This document shows, in pieces, positions 17,826-25,548 of a DNA stretch of 32,000 nt (position 1 is the first letter of the stretch; the number at the start of each line of letters is the position of its first letter). The translations under genes and the position numbers were made by a program. The notes under the pieces are model-generated. The model did no database searches. It saw nothing but the letters and a program-made list of their open reading frames with translations, and had not been told where the DNA came from. The DNA comes from Synechococcus sp. A15-28 (GTDB lineage Bacteria; Cyanobacteriota; Cyanobacteriia; PCC-6307; Cyanobiaceae), in the NCBI RefSeq assembly GCF_014280175.1, contig NZ_CP047931.1, forward strand, positions 900,001 to 932,000, written 5' to 3'.

Positions 17826-18482
17826 ATGTATCCGCGGAACATCCCAATGGTTGCGATTCCCTCCCGTGAGCTCTCCCCAAGACGTGACGGTTTCAGGGAA
17901 TTGCTGGAGACCAACTATCAGAAACGCAATCTTGTTCACCTGACGGCCGGAAGTGTCGTTCCGCTGCTCAAGAACAGCATCTGGCTTGTGGTTCGCGGCA
18001 TGGTGAAGCTGGGTGCCGTGTCCGTTCATGGCGATGAGTTGCTGCTGGGTCTCGCCGGACCGAACGAGCCGTTCGGTGAACCCCTGAGCGCCGTTGAGGC
18101 CTATGAGGCAGTGGCCTTGAGTGATTGCGACCTTCTTTGCCTCAGCACCACCGAGGTGGAGCAGTCGCCACAGCTTGCGATCGCGATGATGGATGCCATC
18201 GGTGCCCGATATCGGCAGGCCGAATACATGCTTGCTCTGCTGGGCTTGCGCCGCGTTGAGGAGCGCGTGCGCGGTTTTCTGGAAATGCTGGCCCAGGACT
18301 ATGGCCAACCTTGTGACGACGGCTTGCGACTCAATCTGCGGCTGACCCATCAGGAAATGGCCAGTGCTCTGAGCACCACTCGTGTCACTGTGACGCGCGT
18401 GATCGGTCTGCTGCGTGATGAGGGATGGCTGAAGATCGATGCTCAGCGGCATCTGGTCATCGCCCATCTGCCGCGTCGCTGA
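17826..18482 (+). CDS. ptrA: CRP/FNR-family transcriptional regulator (PtrA-like, phosphate-stress regulator paralogous to NtcA)
   Basis: It has a cNMP-binding-like N-domain and a C-terminal HTH (LTHQEMASALSTTRVTVTRVIGLLRDEGWL). Position immediately downstream of pstS matches the PtrA arrangement I recall from Synechococcus WH8102. The start is uncertain: TTG 17790, ATG 17826 or ATG 17847. Confidence 0.75.
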   Translation: MYPRNIPMVAIPSRELSPRRDGFRELLETNYQKRNLVHLTAGSVVPLLKNSIWLVVRGMVKLGAVSVHGDELLLGLAGPNEPFGEPLSAVEAYEAVALSDCDLLCLSTTEVEQSPQLAIAMMDAIGARYRQAEYMLALLGLRRVEERVRGFLEMLAQDYGQPCDDGLRLNLRLTHQEMASALSTTRVTVTRVIGLLRDEGWLKIDAQRHLVIAHLPRR

Positions 18483-18500
18483 TCAGGGAAACAGGGCATA

Positions 18501-18530
18501 AAAAAGCCGGCACATGAGTGCCGGCTTTTG
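18501..18530. terminator. Rho-independent (potentially bidirectional) terminator after ptrA
   Basis: AAAAAA-GCCGGCAC-atga-GTGCCGGC-TTTT. The 8-bp stem is flanked by an A-run and a T-run, so it could terminate transcription from either direction (ptrA on +, tRNA-Pro on -). Confidence 0.85.
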
Positions 18531-18571
18531 ACCTATCGCTGAGCGATGAAGTCGGGGTTTGGACGGTTGGA

Positions 18572-18648
<77 letters not shown>

Positions 18649-18659
18649 GATTCAAGTTA

Positions 18660-19028
18660 TCACAGGGCATTCCGCCGTCTGAGTCGTTTCAGCATGCGAG
18701 TGGTGAGCTGATGTCTTGACTGGTTCCCGTATTGCATCAGTCGCATCTCTGAAGCCATCTGACGCATCTCCTTCAGGCTCATGGCCGCCAGCCTTAGTTC
18801 GGGAAGCGTTCGCCAGGCCCGTGCTCGCATCGGCAGTGTGCTCGGTCCGCCGGCCTGGCCAATGCTGATGGTGCCTTCGGCCAGCCACTCAGGGATGAGC
18901 ACCACCAACACGGCGATGAGTCCGTAGAGCTCCACCAGTCCCTTGGGGAGTGGGTGAAGCCGGCGTCGATCCGTCGGGTCCGGCGGAACGCTCACAGCGA
19001 TCCCTGATGGCGATGATGTCCACACCAT
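18660..19028 (-). CDS. Hypothetical membrane protein (one predicted TM segment, basic C-terminus)
   Basis: The track ORF is 18660-19133; ATG 19028 gives MVWTSSPSG...LVELYGLIAVLVVLIPEWLA... and avoids overlapping the upstream small ORF. I recognise no family. Confidence 0.35.
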   Translation of the reverse strand: MVWTSSPSGIAVSVPPDPTDRRRLHPLPKGLVELYGLIAVLVVLIPEWLAEGTISIGQAGGPSTLPMRARAWRTLPELRLAAMSLKEMRQMASEMRLMQYGNQSRHQLTTRMLKRLRRRNAL

Positions 19029-19062
19029 GCCATCGACCCAGAGCGCTTCCCCAACGCGGTGG

Positions 19063-19224
19063 TCAGATTTGCAATGTCCTGGATGGCGATAGTGATGACG
19101 ACGGAGCTTCCCGCCAGAGCAGCTCAGGCCCACGGCTGGCTTCTGGGGTGCGGGTGGAGAAGACCAAAGCGATCACCAACAGCACTGTCAGACCAATCGC
19201 CACCAGGACCTGACGAGCTGTCAT
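19063..19224 (-). CDS. Hypothetical small N-terminally anchored membrane protein (53 aa)
   Basis: The ATG at 19224 lies 1 nt after the msrA stop. The product is MTARQVLVAIGLTVLLVIALVFSTRTPEASRG..., in the frame of track ORF 19063-19332. Support is only a TM-like N-terminus and tight coupling to msrA. Confidence 0.3.
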   Translation of the reverse strand: MTARQVLVAIGLTVLLVIALVFSTRTPEASRGPELLWREAPSSSLSPSRTLQI

Positions 19225-19225
19225 C

Positions 19226-19936
19226 TCAGGCCAAACGGATCGGGGCATTGTCACTGCGCAGTACACAGTGGTTGATGCTCCAGTCGTAGGCCGTCCACAC
19301 CGTTGATGGAAGGCGGTAATTGTTGCCCTCAAACTCCTTCAGCTCAGCCTGGGTGGGCATGGCCGAGCAATAGGGACGACTGCCGGGCTTGGCGAGGTAT
19401 TGCTGGTGGTAGGGCTCAGCAAAGTAGAAGGTCTGATCCGCCAGGATCTCCGTGGTGATCGGGCCGTAACCCTGTTGATTCAGGGCATTCTGATAGGCCG
19501 TTTTGCTGGCCAGGGCGAGGCTCATCTGCTGATCTGTCGTGGTGTAGATCGCCGAGCGGTACTGGGTTCCTGTGTCGTTTCCCTGGCGGTTCCCCTGAGT
19601 GGGGTCATGGCATTCCCAGAACAGTTTCAGCAGATCACTGAAGTCGATGGCTGGAGTGCTCCAGACCACTCTCACCACCTCGGTATGCCCTGTGGTTCCG
19701 GTGCAGACCTCCTGATAGGTCGGGTTGACACGTTCACCACCGGCGTAGCCCACGGCTGTACTGACCACGCCTGGAAGACGCCAGAATCCCTTTTCAGCCC
19801 CCCAGAAGCATCCGCAGGCAAACAGGGCTTCCTCCTGGTCGCTCATCAATGGAGCCCTCAGGGGGGTGCCGAGTACGGCATGCATCGCGTCCGCCGAAGA
19901 CTCACCACCACGTTGGGTCAACCAGGAGGGGAGCAT
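19226..19936 (-). CDS. msrA: Peptide-methionine (S)-S-oxide reductase
   Basis: It has the [13 protein letters not shown] active-site motif, [13 protein letters not shown] and YHQQYL. The start is uncertain; in-frame ATGs at 19936, 19885 and 19846 all precede the GCFWG motif. Confidence 0.9.
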   Translation of the reverse strand: MLPSWLTQRGGESSADAMHAVLGTPLRAPLMSDQEEALFACGCFWGAEKGFWRLPGVVSTAVGYAGGERVNPTYQEVCTGTTGHTEVVRVVWSTPAIDFSDLLKLFWECHDPTQGNRQGNDTGTQYRSAIYTTTDQQMSLALASKTAYQNALNQQGYGPITTEILADQTFYFAEPYHQQYLAKPGSRPYCSAMPTQAELKEFEGNNYRLPSTVWTAYDWSINHCVLRSDNAPIRLA

Positions 19937-19960
19937 GAATGAAGAGAAATTTCGATAACC

Positions 19961-20224
19961 CTAGGCAGGCTGATCGCTGTCCTGAACAGGTTCGAGCTGA
20001 ATGTGGTTCAGCAGGGTGGTGACGAACGCGAACAGGAGAAAGGGAAGGCTCAGCACCAGGATCAGACCGACGCCCACGAGCGCGAAAATGGGGCGTGATG
20101 AGCCCATCAGGGCCAGTCCCGCCGCCAGGCTCACAAAGATCACGGCCATCCAGGCCAGCACCTGGCCGTAGATGTCACCGAAGGTGAGCGTGCAGCGCAT
20201 CGCCAGAGGTGAGCTGCTGGTCAT
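19961..20224 (-). CDS. Hypothetical small membrane protein (two predicted TM helices)
   Basis: ATG 20224 gives MTSSSPLAMRCTLTFGDIYGQVLAWMAVIFVSLAAGLALM...FALVGVGLILVLSLPFLLFAFV.... It sits between the ABC exporter and msrA on the same strand. The track start at 20287 would nearly abut the ABC stop. Confidence 0.45.
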   Translation of the reverse strand: MTSSSPLAMRCTLTFGDIYGQVLAWMAVIFVSLAAGLALMGSSRPIFALVGVGLILVLSLPFLLFAFVTTLLNHIQLEPVQDSDQPA

Positions 20225-20292
20225 GGAAGGGTCCTGCACCTCACCAGCTAAGCCGCTGGTGCGGCTGTTGTCCCCATCAACTTCCAACTTCT

Positions 20293-22047
20293 TCAGGAAG
20301 CCATCTCCTCAAGTTGTTCAGCGGCCTGCTGACGTTCCCAGAGTCTTCGGTAGATGCCGGCAGTGGTGATCAAGTCGTTGTGGTGTCCCTGCTGCACGAT
20401 TCGACCGTTGTCCATCACCAGAATCCGGTCACAGGCAGCTGCGGCCGACAGCTGGTGACTGATCATCACGATGGTGCGACCCTCCTGGGATCGGATCGAA
20501 TCAAGGATTGCGGCTGCGGTGTTGTTGTCGACACTGGCCAGGGCGTCGTCCAGAACGAGCACCGGTGCGGAGACCAGCAGGGCACGCCCCAGGGCCGTGC
20601 GTTGACGTTGTCCGCCGCTGAGCGTGATGCCCCGTTCGCCCACGATCGTGCTGAATCCTTCCGGGAACCCCTTGACGTCGTCCGACAGTCGCGCCCGTTC
20701 GGCGGCGCGTTCAACCCGGTCATCCCCGGCGTTGGGTTCTCCATAGCGCAGGTTGTCGGCAAGGGTGCTGGTGAACAGAAACCCTTCCTGGGGAACCATG
20801 GCCACATCGCCTCGCAGATCCTTTAAGGGCAAGCGGTTGATGTCCACCCCATCCAGGAACAACTGGCCATCCGGGACGGGCACCATGCGGCCGAAGGCAC
20901 GGGCCAACGTTGTCTTGCCGCAGCCCACGGCACCGACCACGGCCACCAGTTCGCCGGGTTCAATGCAGAAATCGAGGCCGTTCAAGGTGTCGCGCTCGGA
21001 ACCCTCGTAACGGATGCGCAGGCCCCGAGCTTCGAGTCGTCCACGCCGTGGCTGCTCCGCTGTGATCGGATCGTTCCCATCAAGGATCGCCGGTTGGCGT
21101 CGCAGCAGTTCCTCCACCCGTTCCAGGCTCACCTGCCCGGTCTGGAATGTGTTGAGGGTGAAGCCCAGGAGTGCAGTGGGGAAAACCAACTGTTGTACAT
21201 AAATGACGAGCGCGATCAGACCGCCGGTGGTCAGGTTGCCGTCGATGAGCCTGCCGCTGCCCAGGGCCAGAAGCAGCAGAAGTGAGATGGCGGTCAGGCC
21301 CTCCAGCAGTGGGAACAGCGTGCTTCGGGTCCGTGCCAGGCCGATGGCGCTGTTTCGGTAGCTGCTGTTGCGTTGGGAAAATGCCTGCTGCTCAGATGCC
21401 TCCTGGCCGTAGATCTTGATCGCTCCGATGCCGGAGAGGTCCTCCTGGATCAGATCGCTCAACCCGGACAGGTCCTCCTGTTGACGGCGCTGTTGCTTCA
21501 TCATTCGCCCGCCGAACAGGCGCACCACCGTGAGCATCACCGGATAAGGCGCGATGGCAGCCAGGGTCAGCCAGGGATCAATCGTCAACATGGCCGGCAG
21601 CGTCAGGCTGTAGGCCAGCAGAGTGTTGGTTAGGCTGAGAATGGCGAAGCCAAGCAGCCGCCTGATGTTCTCCACATCGCTGGTGGCGCGGTTGATCACA
21701 TCCCCACTGCCGGTGCTCTGCACCCAGGCCGGTTCCTGCCGCAGCATGTGATCGAAAAGTCGCTGGCGGAGGTTCACCTCCACCTGGCGGCCGACACCGA
21801 ACACCAGCTGCCGGGACAGCAACCGCACGGCTCCCATTGTGGTCGCCAGCAACACGATCCAAGCAGCTTGGCTGAGAACGCTGTCGTAGGCAAAGCCCTC
21901 CTGAAGCTCATCGATGACCCTTCGCACCTCCATCGGGATGGTGACACTGAGCACATTGACCACCACCAGGGCGATGGCACCGAAGATGACGGTTCGGCGG
22001 TGGGGGCGTAGATAACGGCCGATCAGGTCCAGGCGCATGGCCGCCAT
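20293..22047 (-). CDS. ABC exporter, fused transmembrane and ATPase domains (MsbA/MdlB-like half transporter)
   Basis: It has an N-terminal 6-TM ABC_membrane domain, then Walker A GAVGCGKTT, signature LSGGQRQR, Walker B VLVLDDALASVD and an H-loop ISHQL. The start is probably ATG 22047 (MAAMRLDLIGRYLRPH); the track start at 22122 overlaps the divergent gene. Confidence 0.9.
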   Translation of the reverse strand: MAAMRLDLIGRYLRPHRRTVIFGAIALVVVNVLSVTIPMEVRRVIDELQEGFAYDSVLSQAAWIVLLATTMGAVRLLSRQLVFGVGRQVEVNLRQRLFDHMLRQEPAWVQSTGSGDVINRATSDVENIRRLLGFAILSLTNTLLAYSLTLPAMLTIDPWLTLAAIAPYPVMLTVVRLFGGRMMKQQRRQQEDLSGLSDLIQEDLSGIGAIKIYGQEASEQQAFSQRNSSYRNSAIGLARTRSTLFPLLEGLTAISLLLLLALGSGRLIDGNLTTGGLIALVIYVQQLVFPTALLGFTLNTFQTGQVSLERVEELLRRQPAILDGNDPITAEQPRRGRLEARGLRIRYEGSERDTLNGLDFCIEPGELVAVVGAVGCGKTTLARAFGRMVPVPDGQLFLDGVDINRLPLKDLRGDVAMVPQEGFLFTSTLADNLRYGEPNAGDDRVERAAERARLSDDVKGFPEGFSTIVGERGITLSGGQRQRTALGRALLVSAPVLVLDDALASVDNNTAAAILDSIRSQEGRTIVMISHQLSAAAACDRILVMDNGRIVQQGHHNDLITTAGIYRRLWERQQAAEQLEEMAS

Positions 22048-22097
22048 GCGGTTTCCGATCAGGGCAGGCCAACCTAGGTGGGTGCGGTCCTTTACGG

Positions 22098-22421
22098 ATG
22101 TCTGATTCCTCGTCTGAACCAACCCAGAACCATCCCCTCCATGGGACAGACCGTGATTTGATCGATCGTCTGCTGGCCTGTGATTCTCCCGGTAACGCTG
22201 AACGTACGGAGCTGGCTCGCCTGCTGATCCGTTACGACGGTTTTCCCGGTGCTGATGACCTGCAGCAGGACATGCAGCGTTTGCTGACCCTTTGGTCCCT
22301 GAGTCGGGACGAGCTCAATGACCAGGTGCGTGCGCTCTGGACCCAGGGATACCGCCCCGGAGCAGCAGCATCTGAGGCGGTGGGGTCCGGCTTCGACACG
22401 AGCGAAGCCAGTGACAACTGA
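22098..22421 (+). CDS. Conserved cyanobacterial hypothetical protein (DUF3288-like)
   Basis: 107-aa ORF. The segment HPLHGTDRDLIDRLLA...ELARLLIRYDGFPGADDLQQDMQRLLTLW resembles the DUF3288 pattern as I remember it. This is unverified. Confidence 0.6.
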   Translation: MSDSSSEPTQNHPLHGTDRDLIDRLLACDSPGNAERTELARLLIRYDGFPGADDLQQDMQRLLTLWSLSRDELNDQVRALWTQGYRPGAAASEAVGSGFDTSEASDN

Positions 22422-22461
22422 ATCTGGTCAGCTCAGCGCTTCGCGGGGATAGTGGGAGCCC

Positions 22462-23514
22462 ATGGGCTCATCGCGCGTCATGTCCCCTGCCTCTACCCCC
22501 TGGTCCGGTCTGCTGGAGCAGCTGCTTGGCGGTGAAAACCTTTCGGCTGCTCAGGCGACGGACCTGATGCAGGCCTGGCTGTCGGAGTCCCTGACGCCCG
22601 TGCAGACCGGTGCCTTTCTGGCCGGTCTCCGGGCCAAAGGGATGGAGGCCGAGGAGTTGGCGGCGATGGCGGCGGTGCTGCGACAGGCCTGTCCGCTGCC
22701 CTGTGCCCGCCCCGATCGTTTCCTCGTCGACACCTGCGGCACGGGTGGCGATGGTGCCGACACCTTCAACATTTCCACTGCCGTCGCCTTCACCGCAGCG
22801 GCCTGTGGTGTTGAGGTGGCGAAACATGGCAACCGCAGTGCCAGTGGCAAGGTCGGCTCCGCTGATGTGCTCGAGGGACTTGGCCTCAATCTCAAGGCTC
22901 CATTGCAAGCCGTCATCGATGCGATTCCAGCGGCCGGTGTCACCTTTCTGTTCGCCCCGGCCTGGCATCCAGCCCTGGTGAATCTGGCGCCGTTGCGTCG
23001 CAGTCTTGGCGTCCGCACGGTGTTCAACCTGCTTGGCCCTCTGGTCAATCCCTTGAAACCACAGGCCCAGGTGCTGGGGGTGGCCAGGGACGATCTGCTG
23101 GATCCCATGGCCGGAGCCCTCCAACGCCTTGGTCTGGAGCGGGCTGTGGTCGTCCACGGCGCCGGGGGACTGGATGAGGCATCGCTGGCAGGCCCCAATG
23201 ACCTGCGCCTGATCGAAGCCGGTGCCATTCGTTCCCTTCAGCTCCGTCCCGAAGAACTGGGATTGTCCACGGCGAATCTTGAGGCTCTCAAAGGCGGAGA
23301 TCTGCAGCGCAATCAGACGATCCTTCAACAGGTGCTGCAGGGCCATGGTGAACCGGCGCAGCGCGATGTGGTCACGCTGAACACGGCTCTGGTGCTGTGG
23401 GCTGCTGGGGTCGACACGGATCTCTCGTCTGCCGCTGCCCGCGCAGCCAGAACCCTGGATGAAGGCCTGCCTTGGACCCGTCTGGAGACCCTGCGCGAGC
23501 ACCTGGCCCGCTGA
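22462..23514 (+). CDS. trpD: Anthranilate phosphoribosyltransferase
   Basis: It has VDTCGTGGDGADTFNISTA, KHGNRSASGKVGSADVLE and GPLVNP motifs. The ATG at 22462 is preceded by a GGGAG Shine-Dalgarno-like sequence; an alternative ATG lies at 22480. Confidence 0.93.
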   Translation: MGSSRVMSPASTPWSGLLEQLLGGENLSAAQATDLMQAWLSESLTPVQTGAFLAGLRAKGMEAEELAAMAAVLRQACPLPCARPDRFLVDTCGTGGDGADTFNISTAVAFTAAACGVEVAKHGNRSASGKVGSADVLEGLGLNLKAPLQAVIDAIPAAGVTFLFAPAWHPALVNLAPLRRSLGVRTVFNLLGPLVNPLKPQAQVLGVARDDLLDPMAGALQRLGLERAVVVHGAGGLDEASLAGPNDLRLIEAGAIRSLQLRPEELGLSTANLEALKGGDLQRNQTILQQVLQGHGEPAQRDVVTLNTALVLWAAGVDTDLSSAAARAARTLDEGLPWTRLETLREHLAR

Positions 23515-23554
23515 AATGGACAATGAAGAGTGATTGCCGTGAGCTGTTGGCCTG

Positions 23555-24697
23555 ATGCCCCTCCCTTCATCACGTCAGGCTCATCTCGTGCTGGCCGACG
23601 GCACCGTTCTCACCGGAGAAGCCTTCGGGCATCGCGGCTCCGTTGTGGGTGAGGTGGTCTTCAACACCGGCATGACTGGGTACCAGGAGGTCCTCACTGA
23701 CCCGTCCTACGCAGGGCAGCTGGTCACGTTCACTTATCCCGAGCTGGGTAACACCGGTGTGAACGGGGATGACCAGGAGGCAGACCTGCCCCATGCCAGG
23801 GGGGTGATTGCGCGCCAGCTGGCCCCGCAAGCCAGCAACTGGCGCAGTTCTGAATCCCTCGACGGCTGGATGGATCGCCATGGACTGGTGGGCATCTGCG
23901 GTGTCGACACCCGCGCCCTGGTGCGTCGTCTTCGCGATGGCGGAGCCATCAATGGCGTGATCAGCAGTGATGGACGTTCGCCCGCTGAGCTGCTGGCCGA
24001 GGTCCGTCGTGCCCCGAGCATGGAGGGCCTCAATCTGGCCAGCCAGGTCAGCACCCCAGAGCCCTATCAATGGTCGTCGCCTTGCCGCGTCGGCTTTGAT
24101 CAGCGCTTGAAACAGCGCCCCGACCATCCCTACCGGGTGGTTGCCATCGATTTCGGCATCAAGCGGGCGATCCTGGATCGGCTTGTCGCCCATGGCTGTG
24201 CCGTCACTGTTCTGCCATCGGATGCAGATCTGGAGATGGTGCTGTCCCATCAGCCGGAGGGCGTTTTTCTCTCCAATGGCCCAGGTGACCCCGCCGCGGT
24301 GGACAGTGGCATCGACCTGGCACGATCGCTGCTGGATCTCCCCAACATGCCTCTGTTTGGCATCTGTCTGGGCCATCAGATCCTGGGCCTGGCCCTGGGA
24401 GGGCGCACCTTCAAGCTCGGCTTCGGTCACCGCGGTTTGAATCATCCCTGCGGCACCAGCGGACAGGTGGAGATCACCAGCCAGAACCATGGCTTTGCCC
24501 TGTCCTCCGAGGCATTGCCGGAGACGATGGTCGAGGTGACCCACCTCAATCTCAATGACCGCACCGTTGCCGCGTTTCAACATCGCCATCAACCGGTGTT
24601 TGGGATCCAGTACCACCCGGAGGCCAGCCCGGGTCCCCACGATGCCGATCATCACTTCGGCCGTTTCGTTGCGTTGATGGCGGATCGGCGTGGCTGA
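23555..24697 (+). CDS. carA: Carbamoyl-phosphate synthase small (glutamine amidotransferase) subunit
   Basis: 380-aa ORF with [18 protein letters not shown], catalytic GICLGHQ and a C-terminal IQYHPEA triad motif. Confidence 0.95.
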   Translation: MPLPSSRQAHLVLADGTVLTGEAFGHRGSVVGEVVFNTGMTGYQEVLTDPSYAGQLVTFTYPELGNTGVNGDDQEADLPHARGVIARQLAPQASNWRSSESLDGWMDRHGLVGICGVDTRALVRRLRDGGAINGVISSDGRSPAELLAEVRRAPSMEGLNLASQVSTPEPYQWSSPCRVGFDQRLKQRPDHPYRVVAIDFGIKRAILDRLVAHGCAVTVLPSDADLEMVLSHQPEGVFLSNGPGDPAAVDSGIDLARSLLDLPNMPLFGICLGHQILGLALGGRTFKLGFGHRGLNHPCGTSGQVEITSQNHGFALSSEALPETMVEVTHLNLNDRTVAAFQHRHQPVFGIQYHPEASPGPHDADHHFGRFVALMADRRG

Positions 24698-24730
24698 GGT
24701 GGTTGACAACCGACAGCATCACTACACTTC

Positions 24731-25126
24731 GTGGCGAGATTGAATGGGGAGACTGGACCCATCAGCGAACTACAGCGACTGACGGTCTCTCTGCGCGGGG
24801 GCTTTGAACAGCAGAACGGCTGTCTGGTGTTTCATTTCACCGGACAGTTGGACGCCTACTCCGAGAAGCAGTTCATGGAGTACGTCGTCGACGTGCTGAA
24901 GGCCAGCACACTTCCTGCGGTGATCGACCTCAGCGAGATCGATTTCCTCGATTCCTCCGGCTTGGGTGCCCTTGTTCAGCTCGCCAAGCAGTGCACTGAC
25001 GCCAAGCGGTCATTTTCCCTGGTGGGGAATTCTCGCGTCATGCAGACGGTGAAGCTGGTTCGGTTGGAAGAGTTTCTTCATCTGGCTCAGGATCTGCCGA
25101 CGGCCCTCAGCAACCTGGCGGCTTGA
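24731..25126 (+). CDS. STAS-domain protein (anti-sigma-factor antagonist, SpoIIAA-like)
   Basis: 131-aa ORF with a GTG start. It has FTGQLDAYSEKQF and the IDFLDSSGLGALV motif holding the conserved phosphorylatable Ser. No partner kinase or anti-sigma gene is adjacent. Confidence 0.8.
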   Translation: MARLNGETGPISELQRLTVSLRGGFEQQNGCLVFHFTGQLDAYSEKQFMEYVVDVLKASTLPAVIDLSEIDFLDSSGLGALVQLAKQCTDAKRSFSLVGNSRVMQTVKLVRLEEFLHLAQDLPTALSNLAA

Positions 25127-25548
25127 GCGAGTGGATCCAGGGCCAGACCGGCGGCGATGATGCTGCTGATCTCGGCCCGCTGCAGCTGGCCTGGCTGGGG
25201 GACGCTGTCTGGGAGTTGCACCAGCGACTGCGTTTCTGTCGGTCTCCCGGTCGCGCAGATGTGCTGCACCGTGCCGTTGTTGCCAAAGTCTGTGCCCAGG
25301 CTCAGGCTGAGGCCCTTGGGCAGCTTGATCCAGTGTTGAGCGACCAGGAACGCGATCTCGTCCGTCGCGGCCGCAATCGGGCTGGGCGTGGACCCAAGCG
25401 ATCCGATGCCGCGGTGTATGGACTGGCCACAGGGTTTGAGACAATGGTGGGCTGGCTGTATCTGCACGACCCAGCGCGCCTGGCGGAGCTTTTCGATCAC
25501 CTGGATCAGGCCGGCACCCTCTCGACATCCCGAACACCTCGCCGATGA
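25123..25548 (+). CDS. mrnC: Mini-ribonuclease III (23S rRNA maturation)
   Basis: It has LQLAWLGDAVWELHQRL (RNase III signature-like) and ...YGLATGFETMVGWLY. The TTG start overlaps the STAS stop (cTTGAg). It sits upstream of rlmB as in Bacillus (mrnC-rlmB). Confidence 0.8.
   Translation: MSEWIQGQTGGDDAADLGPLQLAWLGDAVWELHQRLRFCRSPGRADVLHRAVVAKVCAQAQAEALGQLDPVLSDQERDLVRRGRNRAGRGPKRSDAAVYGLATGFETMVGWLYLHDPARLAELFDHLDQAGTLSTSRTPRR

Noticed and set aside
20293-22047. The ABC exporter as the type I secretion partner of the RTX-like islet gene.
   Set aside because: It lies about 17 kb away with no adjacent membrane-fusion or TolC-like gene. It has no N-terminal C39/CLD-like domain, and it looks like a generic MsbA/MdlB-type half transporter.
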